Assembly (NCBI GenBank): GCA_951406725.2
Contig: OX597838.1
Span: 36,580,001 to 36,644,000 of the forward strand
DNA from: Octopus vulgaris
Lineage: Eukaryota
Length of the DNA stretch: 64,000 nucleotides
Reading direction: 5' to 3'
Position numbers and translations under genes: made by a program. Positions 40,921-53,125 of this stretch are shown piece by piece. Position 1 is the stretch's first letter. The number at the start of each line of letters is the position of its first letter. A model generated the notes under the pieces. That model was given only the letters and a program-made list of their open reading frames with translations. It did no database searches and was not told where the DNA came from.

Positions 40921-42045
40921 AGTCTTTTCAAATGGCTAATAATGTGTGCGCGCGCCACTACTACACACATTGGAAAGCATTGTACAACCAAGTACTAAAG
41001 AAGATCTTTCCTCCTCCATGAAACAAAGCTGTTCCCGCTGGACGTCAACCCAGTACTTCTAAGCTACGGGCTGAGTGATTTATTGTAAGGTTATCTCCCT
41101 AGATAGGTTGCCTTCACTACGGCTAAGGAGCCCTTTCTACCCCACTGACACATATGCAACACATTTTCTACAGACTGTCTAGGGGACGCAACTCGACCTT
41201 TTTAACTCTCGGAACACGTGGGGTAAGTATCCCAAAATGTATAAAAATGTACAAAAACGGCAAAAAAGCGGGCAGCAATGTGAGTGACAACAACGAAAAA
41301 GCCAAAAGTGACCAAACTGAACAAATGAATGGAAAAGGTTTTTTGATGCACATGACAAAAGCGGTTTATAATAAACCAAGAGTTTGCAAGTAGCGTCTGA
41401 GGACCCTTAGGGTACGTCAAAAATTTAAGGTAAAACGTTTGGGGTGGTAGTTATAAAGAAAGTGTAAACAAAAAAAGTATTCGAATAACTTGCGGCTGCA
41501 GCAGCTATTAGCAGAAGTGGCGGTGTTGGAGGTAAAGTCACGAATGTAATTTCTTCCTGGTAGGAATTGGTTGGGTTGAATTATCGATAGCTGTTTGATA
41601 GTTATTTGGGAGTGAAGAGAAGACATTGCAACCTACACATGCGCCTTCGTTCCCTAGAGGGAAAGGACTAGATTGGGATTAGTCGTTGCCTACTAGGGGC
41701 TCTTACATACCCGGGCAACGCCGGGCTATGCTGCTAGTTTGTTTATAAAACGACTGCTTGAGACTCCGGAATTTTTGATTAATGTCAGTGTAATGGTATA
41801 ATACAGAATGCTGTGTGTGACTTTTACCTGAGAATGTACTTTAAGAATATAAAAGTATATAACAAATCTATGTGGGCCTATAGGCTGACTTACAACCAGT
41901 CAGTCGGAACCAATTGTGGTCGTAAGTCAATGATGACTTGGTAAATGTGTGTGTGTGTGTGTATATATATATTGGTAAAAACGGTAAGATAACAAAAGAA
42001 AGAAAGAGACGTCAATATTATGTAAATAGAGGAAATTTATCTATA

Positions 42046-42191
42046 AAATAATATGTTACAATTACTCAATAGTCAAGATAAAACGTTTTTTCAGATGGCC
42101 AGATAATCGAAGAGATGGTGTTGTGGATTTCCATTTCGGCATCTGAAACTCAGAGTTTTATCTTGACTATTGAGTAATTGTAACATTATTT
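42046..42191. repeat. Inverted repeat enclosing a degenerate hammerhead-like motif
   Basis: Arms atgttacaattactcaatagtcaagataaaac / gttttatcttgactattgagtaattgtaacat; inner agataa-tcGAAGA-gatg...catc-t-GAAA-ctcagaG-TT-ttatct. Confidence 0.75.
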
Positions 42192-42399
42192 CATATATAT
42201 ATATTTAATAATTAGGGTTCAGCAAAGATTTGCTTTACCACATACCGAAGTTTAGAAATAGCAGCCAAAACCTTAGCTATTTCTTCTACTTTAAAAAGGG
42301 ACTCCCAGAGAAACTGAAATACTTGAAAACAATCCACACAGGCAGAGGAAAGCAACGAAAATCAATCAATATCTGGTTTCACATTTATGTGTTTACTCC

Positions 42400-42467
<68 letters not shown>

Positions 42468-43136
42468 ACTAAACACGGGCACATGTCTCTTTATTCTATT
42501 ACTTGTGTTAGTCATTGGACTGCAGCCCTGCTGGGGACTACCTTGAAGGGTCTTAGCTGGGCCAATGAAATCCAAAACCTTTTTCTTTAGACTGGTACCT
42601 ATTCTGTCGGTTGGCTTTTGCTGTACCAAAACACAAAATTATGGGGCTGTAAAGAAGCAAGCACTGATGGGGTACAATCACAATACACATTTATTTCTTT
42701 ATTACCCACAAGGGGTGACGAAGAGGGGGACATTACAAGACATGGGGACATAGAACATTACAATTAAATTTATGAAGGATGAATTGTTACATGAAAAAAT
42801 GATAATATGAAAGCGATGCTAAAGGCACACATTTATACATACACAGATACGCACACATACACACACAAACATACACATATACCTACATACATATATGAAT
42901 ACACAAGGGTTTTCTTTCAGTTTCTGTGTATCAACCCCCCCCCCCCCACAAGGCTTTGGTAATTGTCGGGTTTTACTAGAAGACACTTGCCCAAGATACT
43001 GCCCAGGAGAACTGAACCCAAGACCACAGTGTTAGGGATTAAGCTTCTAACTCACACAGCCATACGTGCACCTGTATATAAGCCTATACACACATCTATA
43101 CATGGATGCATATATACACATACATAAATACATGCA

Positions 43137-43519
43137 GTGGAGGTGCAATGGCCCAGTGGTTAGGGCAGCGGACTCGCGGTCGGAGGATCGCGGTTTCGAT
43201 TCCCAGACCGGGCATTGTCAGTGTTTATTGAGCAAAAACACCTAAAGCTCCACAAGGCTCCGGCAGGGGTTGGTGGTGAACCCTGCTGTACTCTTTCACC
43301 ACAACTTCCTCTCGCTCTTTCTTCCTGTTTCACTTGTACCTGTATTTCAAAGGGGCCAGCCTTGTCACACTCTGGGTCACGCTGAATCTCCTCGAGAACT
43401 ACGTTAAGGGTACACGTGTTTGTGGAGTGCTCAGCCACTTGCACGTTAATATCACGAGCAAGCTGTTCCGTTGATCGTATCAGCTGGGACCCTCATCGTC
43501 GCAACCGACGGAGTGCTCC
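43137..43519 (+). mobile_element. tRNA-derived SINE family C, full length
   Basis: A box tggcccagtgg, anticodon-like gactcgc, B box gtttcgattcc; related copies at 2319, 2776, ~12530-12690 and 59713. Confidence 0.85.
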
Positions 43520-43872
43520 TATATACATGCAAACCTATATATGCATATATAAATGTGTGTATACTCAGAAAGAAAAAGAGTTACAAAACTTTTATCTGAT
43601 ACAACTGTCAGTTCTATTCTATTTCATTTTACTGTCTTGTCTTATTTTTTTCCTTCTTTCTTACTTTTTTGTCTAAATCATTATTTTCTCTTTTTTTTTA
43701 TAGAATATTCATACTTTCCTTTTTACTTAAATTCTTCATTTGGAAATGTTTGCTATGTTAAATGGTAACTTTTTCTTTCTTGAAATTCTACTCCATACTT
43801 AGCTTTATTATTTGTTATTTACTACACATCCCCCACCACCTTTTTTTTACATTTTAGTTCAAATACTGGCAC

Positions 43873-43927
<55 letters not shown>

Positions 43928-44789
43928 GTTGTTGTTGTTGTTTTTCCTGTGTCATACCTTTACTTTTTAACCAGGAAATAAGGCAGAACTTTTAAAACTT
44001 CTTTGAAATTTGAAATTTAATAAAAAAAAAAGAAAAATGTCTATATATGTACATATATGTATATATATATACACACACACACATATATATATATATGTAC
44101 ATATATATATATACATATATATATGTATATGTGTATGTATATATATATGTATATGTGTATGTATATGTGTATGTATATGTGTATGTATATGTGTATGTAT
44201 ATGTATATATATATGTATATGTATATGTGTATGTATATGTATATATATATATATATGTATATATATATGTATATATATATATACATATACAGATGACTCA
44301 TTGGAGTAAGACTAGTATAGTTACCATAAATAATAATGATAATAATAATGATGATAATGTTGACGATGACTATTAAATAATAATAGTAATGTTAATGATG
44401 ATCATTATGGTGATTATAATAATGATAATAATAGTCATCAAAGTGAATTTTAAAAAGTATTGGTTAGAGAAAATTGGTTAAAAAAAGTCGTTTAGAGAAA
44501 AAATAATTTTAGAATATCAGAATAAAACGTAACTTGAAAACGGAATGTGATTCTGTAATAGAAACCAAAAAATAAATAAAGGCATAAATGAACAAATAGA
44601 TAAATAAAAAAATAACTGAGTGAATGAACTGGAAGGAAAATTTAAGAGAAACATGCGAAATAAACCCCAGAAAAGTAAAGCAAATGAATTTAAAGTATTA
44701 AGTTAAAATTATTTGAAAACAAATTAGAAAACATTGATGAAGACGACAACAACAACAATAATAAGGAGATGAGGGAGAGAGAGAGAAAT

Positions 44790-45400
44790 GGAGAATGAGT
44801 GAAAGAGAGAGAGAGAGATATGGAGAGTGAGTGAGAGTGAAAGAGAGAGAGTGAGTGAGATATGGAGAGTGAGTGAGAGTGAAAGAGAGAGAGATATGGA
44901 GAGTGAGTGAGAGTGAAAGAGAGAGAGAGAGATATGGAGAGTGAATGAGAGTGAAAGAGAGAGAGAGAGTTTGAGATATGGAGAGTGAGTGAGAGTGAAG
45001 GAGAGTGAGAGATATGGAGAGTGAGTGAGAGTGAAGGAGAGAGAGATATGGAGAGTGAGTGAGAGTGAAAGAGAGAGAGAGAGTGTGAGATATGGAGAGT
45101 GAGTGAGATATGGAGAGTGAGTGAGAGTGAAAGAGAGAGAGTGAGTGAGATATGGAGAGTGAGTGAGAGTGGAGGAGAGAGAGAGATATGGAAAGTGAGT
45201 GAGAGTGAAAGAGAGAGAGTGAGATATGGAGAGTGAGTGAGAGTGAAGGAGAGTGAGAGATATGGAGAGTGAGTGAGAGTGAAAGAGAGAGAGATATGGA
45301 GAGTGAATAAGAGTGAAAGAGAGAGAGATATGGGGAGTGAGTGAGAGTGAAAGAGAGAGAGAGTGAGATATGGAGAGTGAGTGAGATTGAAAGAGAGAGA
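44790..45400. repeat. GA-rich minisatellite, ~32-40-bp unit gagatatggagagtgagtgagagtgaa(ga)n
   Basis: More than 15 tandem units. Confidence 0.92.
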
Positions 45401-45957
45401 GGGGGAAAGGAATAAATTTCAATTAAAATGAAATTTATTTCTATGATGATGATGATGATAATATTGATATCTGACATTGACTCACACAGATAGGAAATTT
45501 TTTCGGTGGTTGAGGAGTGTGGGGGGTGTGAGGTGTGGGGTCGGAGGTCATGTGTGTGTGTGTGTGTGTGTGCGGGTGGCAGTTGGGTGGAGGTTGGGTG
45601 TGTGTGAAGAACAGGATGGAGGAGGTTCTAGTTGATTGAATGCACTCCTCCTTCCCCACTCTCCAAGTACTGGACCAGTACTGATCATGATGTTAGTGGC
45701 AGTGTCGATATATATATGTATATATCTATATATACACATCATCCTCATCATCATCATTTAATGTTCGTTGTACGTGTTGGCATGGGTTGGATGGTTTCAT
45801 TGGGCTGGCATGCTGGAAGGCTGCACTAGACCCCTGTCTAATTATATGTATATATATATATAGATATATAATTATCAATTCATTTTTCAAGATTCCTGAT
45901 GTGAAATCGTGTGTTGAAACAGATTTTGTTGTATTTCGGAACAGTTATTCTTTTTCT

Positions 45958-46295
45958 TTTTGTTAAATAAACACACGTTCTGTATATGTTCTTCACTCGT
46001 TCATTACTGTCCTTATTTTATTATTTTAACTCATGTCCAATGTCCAGAAATTTTTCGCCACACATCTGTGACCTCTTCGGCAACACTTTTTGTTTATGTG
46101 TGTGCTGTTGCTCCACTTACTCTATTAGAATGGAGTGAGTAGAACGAGAACACATGAAAATGAAAATTGTCACTGAAGAGGTCACAGATGTGTGATGAGA
46201 GTTTTCTAGACAATGGACATAGGTTAAAATGATAAAATATAAACAGTAATAAATGAGTAAAGAAAAAATATATAGTGTGTTTGTTTATTTGGCAA
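45958..46295. repeat. Diverged ~130-bp inverted repeat with a hammerhead-like remnant in each arm
   Basis: cacacatctgtgacctcttc (46058-46078) versus gaagaggtcacagatgtgtg (46175-46194); right arm reads CTGAAGA-g-gtcaca/gatg/tgtgat; TA repeats on the flanks. Confidence 0.7.
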
Positions 46296-46521
46296 ATATA
46301 TATATATATATATATATTCATATATATATATATATATATATTCATATATATATATGTATATATATTTAAGTAGGTGAATGAATTATCCTAGTATTGATAA
46401 TTCGGTTAATCGATACCTGGGTAGCAAATTTACGTCAGAAAACACGGTTGAAGCTACATGTCAAGGGCAGAAACCCTGTGTTCTTGTGTGGTAATTTGTC
46501 TGTTTTTTTTTATATGAATAA

Positions 46522-46717
46522 ATGAAAGAATGGAGTCGAACAAAGATTTTAACAAAATTCCTTTACTCTCAACACATAGAGGTTCCTTGTCTTTCCTGAT
46601 AAGAAGACGGCATAATGCACCCTACATTCCTTCGGAATTAAGAGTATGCAGTCTTCGAAACATGTGTTGAGAGTAAAGGAATTTTGTTAAAATCTTTGTT
46701 CGACTCCATTCTTTCAT
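46522..46717. repeat. Perfect 56-bp inverted repeat enclosing a hammerhead-like motif
   Basis: 46522-46577 is the exact reverse complement of 46662-46717; inner ctttc-CTGATaA-gaagac...gtcttc-GAAA-c-atgt-GTT-gagag. Confidence 0.85.
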
Positions 46718-46789
46718 AGATATATATATATATATATATATATATTCACATATATACATATACATAATATTTATACATCTGTATCCGTG

Positions 46790-46955
46790 TGTGTGCTGAT
46801 CGCTCAGAATGGATAGAACTCATGGAAGTGGGAGACCTAGGAAGGCATGGCATGGAGTACTGAAGGATGATCTCAGGACATTGAACCTTATGGAGATTAT
46901 GACAAAGGGCCGAGATATCTGGCACCTTGCTGTACTCAAGAAGACCCGTCCTCCA
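46790..46955 (+). pseudogene. C-terminal ORF fragment of a second RTE-type LINE family
   Basis: Translates RTHGSGRPRKAWHGVLKDDLRTLNLMEIMTKGRDIWHLAV, fitting the RGRP-K-W...D...DR..W motif. Confidence 0.65.
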
Positions 46956-47009
46956 CAGCAGAAGTGTTGATGTCACTCCTCCCTGCTGAATAGGATTGGT
47001 TTGCAAGAA

Positions 47010-47258
47010 CCCCGTGCAGGTGCCATGTAATAGCAACTGTGCCAGCACATGTTAATGTAACTATTACTGTGTCACCTAAAAAAGGCACCTGGCACACTGT
47101 GGTTGGCATAAATGGTTGGTGTTAGGGCATCCAGCCTTAGGGGCCAAGCCAAATCAGACTGGAACCAACTGCAGCTCTCTTGCTTGCCAGCTCTAGTCAA
47201 ACCGTCCAACACACGTCAGCATGGAAAACGGATGTTAACTGATGATGATGATGATGAT
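47010..47258 (+). mobile_element. Diverged repeat family D
   Basis: ggttggtgttagggcatccagc...aaccgtccaac...agcatggaaaacggatgttaac(gat)n. Confidence 0.65.
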
Positions 47259-47260
47259 GA

Positions 47261-47668
47261 AGCTGGCAGAAACGTTAGCACGCCGGGCGAAATGTTTAGT
47301 GGCATTTCGTCTGTCCTTACGATCTGAGTTCAAATTCCGCCGAGGTCGACTTTGCCTTTCATCTTTTCGGGGTCGATAAATTAAGTACCAGTTATGCACT
47401 GGGGTCGATGTAATCGACTTAATCCATTTGTCTGTCCTTGTTTGTTCCCTCTGTGTTTATCCCCTTGTGGGTAGTAAAGAAATAGGTATTTCGTCTGCGT
47501 TACGTTCTGAGTTCAAATTCCGCCGAGGTCGACTTTGCCTTTCATCCTTTCGGGGTCGATAAATTAAGTACCAGTTACGCACTGGGGTCGATGTAATCAA
47601 CTTACTCCCTTTGCCTGTCCTTGTTTGTCCCCTCTATGTTTAGCCCCTTGTGAGCAATAAAGAAACAG
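47261..47668 (+). mobile_element. SINE family B tandem dimer (full copy plus 5'-truncated copy)
   Basis: Core and tail repeated head-to-tail, junction near 47484. Confidence 0.88.
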
Positions 47669-48059
47669 GTATATATGTGTGTGTGTTTGTGTTTGTCCCA
47701 CCACCACTTGACGACTGGTGTTGGTTTGTTTACGTCTCTGTGACTCAGCACTTCATTTATAGACTAATAGAAGAACTACCAGACTTCAAAAAAAAAATAA
47801 TAATGATAAGTACTGGTTTCGATTTGTATAACTAAAACCCTTCGAGGCATTGCTCCAGCATGACCGCGGCCCAGCTACTGGCACAGGTAAAAGATGATGG
47901 ACTGCAATTGCAGAAGTGGTTTCATACTGGTTAGCCTACCTGGTTGTCCCCCTCCATCCTCCCCCCCCCCACCACCACAGAGAAAGGCATCAATTCCACA
48001 ACATCACATCTGCTTCTTTGTGTATTCCAGCTTTCATGGAAATGACTTCTCTTTCTCTT

Positions 48060-48283
48060 TTCTCTTTTACTTCTTTCAGTCATTTGACTGTAGCCATGCT
48101 GGAGCACCGCCTTTAATCGAGCAACTCGACCCCGGGACTTATTCTTTTGTAAGCCCAGTACTTATTCTATCGGTCTCTTTTGCCGAACCGCTAAGTGACG
48201 GGGACATAAACACACCAGCATCGGTTGTCAAGCAATACTAGGGGAACAAACACAGACACACAAACACACACACATACACACAA

Positions 48284-48314
<31 letters not shown>

Positions 48315-48479
48315 TACAACGGGCTTCTTTCAGTTTCCTTCTACCAAATCCACTCACAAGGCTTTAGTCGGCCCGAGGCTATAGTAGAAGACACTTGTCC
48401 AAGATGCCATGCAGTGTGACTGAACCCGGAACCATGTGGTTGGTAAACAAGCTACTTACCACACAGCCACTCCTGCGCC
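48060..48479 (-). mobile_element. SINE family A, full length
   Basis: Reverse complement of the family A consensus. Confidence 0.9.
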
Positions 48480-48671
48480 TATCCTTTTATATTTCAACAA
48501 TCGTCATCCTCCTCCTTCCTGCATCACCATCACCATCCTCCTCACTCTCCTCTTCATCATCATCATCATCATCATTTTCATCATCATCATCGTCATCGGC
48601 AACATAATAGTTGCTTAGCATTTCGGTCAGAGTTGCTTTGTTATTATTACACGTATGTGTGTGTGTGCACA

Positions 48672-48714
<43 letters not shown>

Positions 48715-48839
48715 ATGACGATGGATGTGTGAATGTTTATGTGTTTATGTATGCATGCGATGTATGTGTGAATATATGACTTCATATATATTTCTGCACA
48801 TGCACACCTGAAGTACAAATATGTGCTTTGCAATGGGTA

Positions 48840-48870
<31 letters not shown>

Positions 48871-49514
48871 GCACATATACACACATTCATACTCACACAC
48901 GTACGCACATTCATACTTACTCACAGATACACATTCATACTCACACATGCACACGCACACACACAAACATTCATAGTCACCCATGCACACACACACAGAC
49001 ACACATTCATAGTCACCCATGCACACACACACACACACATGCATTCATAGTTACACATGCACACACTCACATTCAGACACACACACACACATTCGTAATC
49101 ACATATTCATCCACACACATTCATTTTCACACACACACACGCACACACACACACACACACACACACTCTCCTCTGCATATATGCATAATTCAATTAAAAT
49201 GTATTAGTAAAATAAGCATTGTTCAATGTATAATCATTGATAAATGCCAAAGTCGTATTGAGAGAGTGGGAGGGAGAGAAGGAGGGAGTGAAAGGGAGGG
49301 AGAGAGAGAGAGAGAGAGACTATAAAAGAATAGAGGGGTGGTGGTTGGGGGAGAGAGAGAGGAAGTGAGGGAGGGAGGGGAGAGTTTGAAAGATTGGAGG
49401 AGACAGGCAATGTGTGAAAGAGTTTGGATGGGGAGAGGCAGAAGATATGAAATGAAAGAGAGGGAGAGAGAAAGGGAGATGGGGAGAAATTGAGAAATAG
49501 AGAATGTGAAAGAG

Positions 49515-49800
49515 CAGGGAGAGAGAGACAAAGAATGGAGTTGCAGGGATAGAGGAGAGAAAGAGGAGAGAAAGAGAGTGAGAGAGAAGGAGAGAAATAG
49601 ACGGAGAGAAGGGGAGAGAGAGAGAAAGAATGGGGTTGCAGGGATAGAGGAGAGAAAGAGGAGAGAAAGAGAGTGAGAGAGAAGGAGAGAAATAGACGGA
49701 GAGAAGGGAGAGAGAGAGAAAGAATAGGGTTGCAGGGATAGAGGAGAGAAAGAGAGTGAGAGAGCAAAGGAGAGAAAGAAAGAGAGAGAGAAGGAGAGAA
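49515..49800. repeat. Purine-rich ~95-bp tandem repeat x3
   Basis: gttgcagggatagaggagagaaagag recurs at ~49540, 49635 and 49729. Confidence 0.85.
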
Positions 49801-50053
49801 AGAGAGAAACAAAGAATGGGATAGCATAGAGAGAGAGAGAGAGAGAAAGAGAGGGACATTGAGTGACAAAGAATGTGGAGAAGGGACAGAGAGAGAGAGA
49901 GAGGGGGGAGAGAGAGACAAAGAGAGTGAAAGAGACAAGAGCAGGAGACAGACAGACAGACAGGAAAACTAGTGAGATAGGGAAAGAAAGGACAAAGGAA
50001 GAGTGCAAGAGATTGAGTTAGGGAGGGAGACAATAAGAGGACAAAAAATGTGA

Positions 50054-50109
<56 letters not shown>

Positions 50110-50462
50110 AGAGAGAGAAATGGAAATGGAAAATGCGAGATATGTGCAGTTGTGTGCAGTTGTTGTGTGCGCAGTGTGGCAAACTCTGACTCTAATTGCA
50201 TTATCTTATTATATTCTGGTGCCTTTGTTGCAACTGATCTCCTGGCCTATATATATTAAGAGTTGTTACTGCTGTTGTTGTTGCTGGTGATGATGATGGT
50301 TGTGATGTTGATAATGATAATAATGGTGGAGCAGTGGTTGGCGGCGGCAGTGCCTCCCCCCCCCCCATTGTCAAGTCAATGTCATAATAATAATAATAAT
50401 CCTCATTATCAGAGTTTTACGTCTATTTTATGATGAGGATAATAATAATAACAATAATAATA

Positions 50463-50676
50463 ACCCTTTCTACTAAAGACACAGGGCTTGAAATTTGGGA
50501 GGCGAGGAGGACAAGTCGATTGCAATGACCCCAGTGTTTTACTGGTACTTAATTTATTGACCTCAAAAGGATGAAAAACCAAAGTCGACCTTCATACAAT
50601 TTGAACTCGGAATGTAAAGACAACGTGACATTAAGCATTTTGTCTGGTGTGCTAATGACTCTGCCAGCTCACCACC

Positions 50677-50719
<43 letters not shown>

Positions 50720-50950
50720 CAACAACAACAGCAACAATCGTTTCTGTTATAAGCACAAGACATGAAATTTATGGGGTGATAGTTGATTATATCGACCCCA
50801 GAACGCAACTGGTATTTATTTTATCGATCTGGAAAGAAGATGAAAGGCAAAGTCGACCATGGCAGAATTTGGATTCAGAACTTGAAGATGGAGAAAAATT
50901 GCCATTGAGCGTTTCACCTGGTGTGCTAATGATTCTGCCAGTTTGCTGTC
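50463..50950 (-). mobile_element. Two diverged SINE family B copies (tail type 2) separated by (AAT)n
   Basis: gatgaaa...aaagtcgacc cores at ~50570 and ~50840. Confidence 0.7.
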
Positions 50951-50984
50951 TAAATAATAATAATAATAATGATAATAATGATTA

Positions 50985-51433
50985 ATTCTTTTATTGGCCA
51001 CAAGAGCTGACAAAAATTAATTATAACATAAAGGGACAAAACACAGGGTGAAAGTTACAAAAGGTTTTGTCCATTTCAAAAATCTGTGTAAAAAATATTT
51101 AACAATGAAAATCTCCCAATGGGGTGAGGCGCTTCGAAAGCCACGGGAGCCTGGTCAAAAGGAAGGTAGAGAGCCCCTTTCTCCTCTTGTAATACCTTTT
51201 TCTTACAGGTGTATCCTCAGAATGGCTCCTTTCATACTGGCCATTCTTGCGACATTTATCCACCTTTCAGTAAACTTGCTATCGGACAGCACTTCCCTCT
51301 CTACTCTCAGCTTCCTTTTCAAGTGAAACTTGAAAAAGTTGATGAGGCCTGGGCCAAAGAGGAAAGTGTCTGACCTTAGCCCTTTCAAACGGGTCCACCA
51401 TACCACCTCTTTTGCTACAGCCACTTTTGCTAC
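50985..51433 (-). mobile_element. L1/Tx1-type LINE 3' fragment (ORF2 C-terminus, 3' UTR, AATAAA, (ATT)n-like tail)
   Basis: VAKEVVWWTRLK...FTERWINVA...* fits the AKxxIWxxR...FxxxW C-terminus of L1/Tx1 ORF2; ends ggccaataaaagaa. Confidence 0.65.
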
Positions 51434-52206
51434 ATGCCAAACCAACAAACCAACCCATGCCAGCATGAAAAGAGGACACTAAACGATGATGATGATGATT
51501 GTTGTTAAGCAACAAGACAGGTAAGGGTGATGGTCTAGAGCTTAAGGGTGGGAGACCCCAGACCTTGGAAAAAAAAAAAACTTTGGTCGTCTTGTTGTAG
51601 TCGAGGGCTTTTTGTTGATGCCTGACACCACTGGGAGGTGGCCCTCGTAGTCGCTGGAAATGGAGATCTCCAGGTCCAAATTCTTGGACAGCTGATGATG
51701 TTGATGATGATGATTATGATGATTATGATGATGCCAAAGAGCAGAAGTGTGAAGCAGTGTTGTGTGTAAATACAATCTTGTTACTTGCTCAAATATGCTC
51801 GGAGCATATTTCCGATCCATGACAAAATACTGTGAATGGCTTTCTTACGGGTTCAGGTGTGCCTGAAGCATGTTGGAATCAGTAACGAGTTTGTTTGTGT
51901 GTGTGTGTGTGTGTTAATTTAGATATTTTCTGCTGATTTTTTTTGTGTTGTGTGAATGTTTTCTTTTTTGCAGACATTTAATTCCGTTGTCATATATATA
52001 TATATATTTCATATGCAGATCTAGAGTTGATGCTTTGAATATTGCACTGTTTATTGAATTCTCTTGGGAGGAATATCTTCCTCCTCATCTGCAAACTTCT
52101 GCCAAATGTGTTTTACACCAGCCAAGCTAGGATGTGTACATTGTCTCACACACACATACATACATACACACATACATACACACATGTATGTATATATATA
52201 TACATA

Positions 52207-52624
52207 CGCAGGAGTGGCTGTGTGGTAAGTAGCTTGCTAACCAACCACATGGTTCTGGGTTCAGTCCCACTGCGTGGCATCTTGGGCAAGTGTCTTCTGC
52301 TATAGCCCCGGGCCGACCAATGCCTTGTGAGTGGATTTGGTAGACGGAAACTGAAAGAAGCCTGTCGTATATATATATATATGTATGTGTGTGTATGTGT
52401 TTGTGTGTCTGTGCTTGTCTCCCTAGCATTGTTTGACAACCGATGCTGGTGTGTTTACGTCCCCGTCACTTAGCGGTTCGGCAAAAGAGACCGATAGAAT
52501 AAGTACTGGGCTTACAAAGAATAAGTCCCGGGGTCGATTTGATCGACTAAAGGCGGTGCTCCAGCATGGCCGCAGTCAAATGACTGAAACAAGTAAAAGA
52601 GTAAAAGAGTAAAGAGTAAAAGAG
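52207..52624 (+). mobile_element. SINE family A, full length
   Basis: Matches the family A consensus. Confidence 0.9.
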
Positions 52625-52725
52625 TATATATATATATATATGCACACACATATACGTAGAAATATGCATATATATACATATACACACACACACATACACA
52701 CATGTGTATATATATATATATTATA

Positions 52726-52756
<31 letters not shown>

Positions 52757-52934
52757 TTTATATATATATATATATGTATGTATATATATATGTATGTGTA
52801 TATGTATATATATATTTTATATATATATATATATGTATGTATATATGTATATATATATTTTATATATATATATGTATGTATATATGTATATATATATATA
52901 CATGCACACACACATATATACATGCACATACACG

Positions 52935-53125
52935 TCCAGTTCACTCAGCTGTAGAAATGAGTTGTGACATCACTGGTGCCAAGCTGTATCGGCCCCTTTG
53001 CCTTGGATGATATCGGTGGTGTGGAGAAGACGGGGAGGAAAGTATGCATGGTCAACTGCTTGTCTTCCATAAATAACCCTGCCCGGTCTTGGTGCAACCT
53101 CATGACGGGAGGAGGTCTTTACCCT
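52935..53125 (+). mobile_element. Interspersed repeat family E fragment
   Basis: Homologous (inverted) to 32325-32445. Confidence 0.6.

Larger units (their letters stand above)
38265..41151 (-). mobile_element. Full-length RTE-type LINE with two internal deletions
   Basis: 10-bp TSD atatgcaaca at 38255-38264 and 41152-41161; ~230-nt 5' UTR; APE endonuclease plus partial RT; (TGA)n tail overlapping the stop codon. Confidence 0.92.
38043..41737 (+). mobile_element. Non-autonomous Helitron (~0.8 kb) interrupted by an RTE LINE
   Basis: 5' A|TCtctctatatataaa; 3' hairpin cccgg-gcaacg-ccggg (41710-41725) followed by CTAG|T (41734-41737); inserted between A and T with no TSD. Confidence 0.85.

Noticed and set aside
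41060-41151. HDV-like ribozyme at the RTE 5' end (ggc-tcctta-gcc could be P3/L3)
   Set aside because: I could not find P1 or P2 partners by eye, so it is unsupported without a descriptor search.
41887-41930. gacttacaacca/tggtcgtaagtc inverted repeat resembling a Tigger/pogo-type MITE end
   Set aside because: It is short, and no opposite terminus or TSD was found.
43137-43210. Possible tRNA-Arg gene
   Set aside because: It has A and B boxes but no convincing acceptor stem and continues into a multi-copy SINE body.
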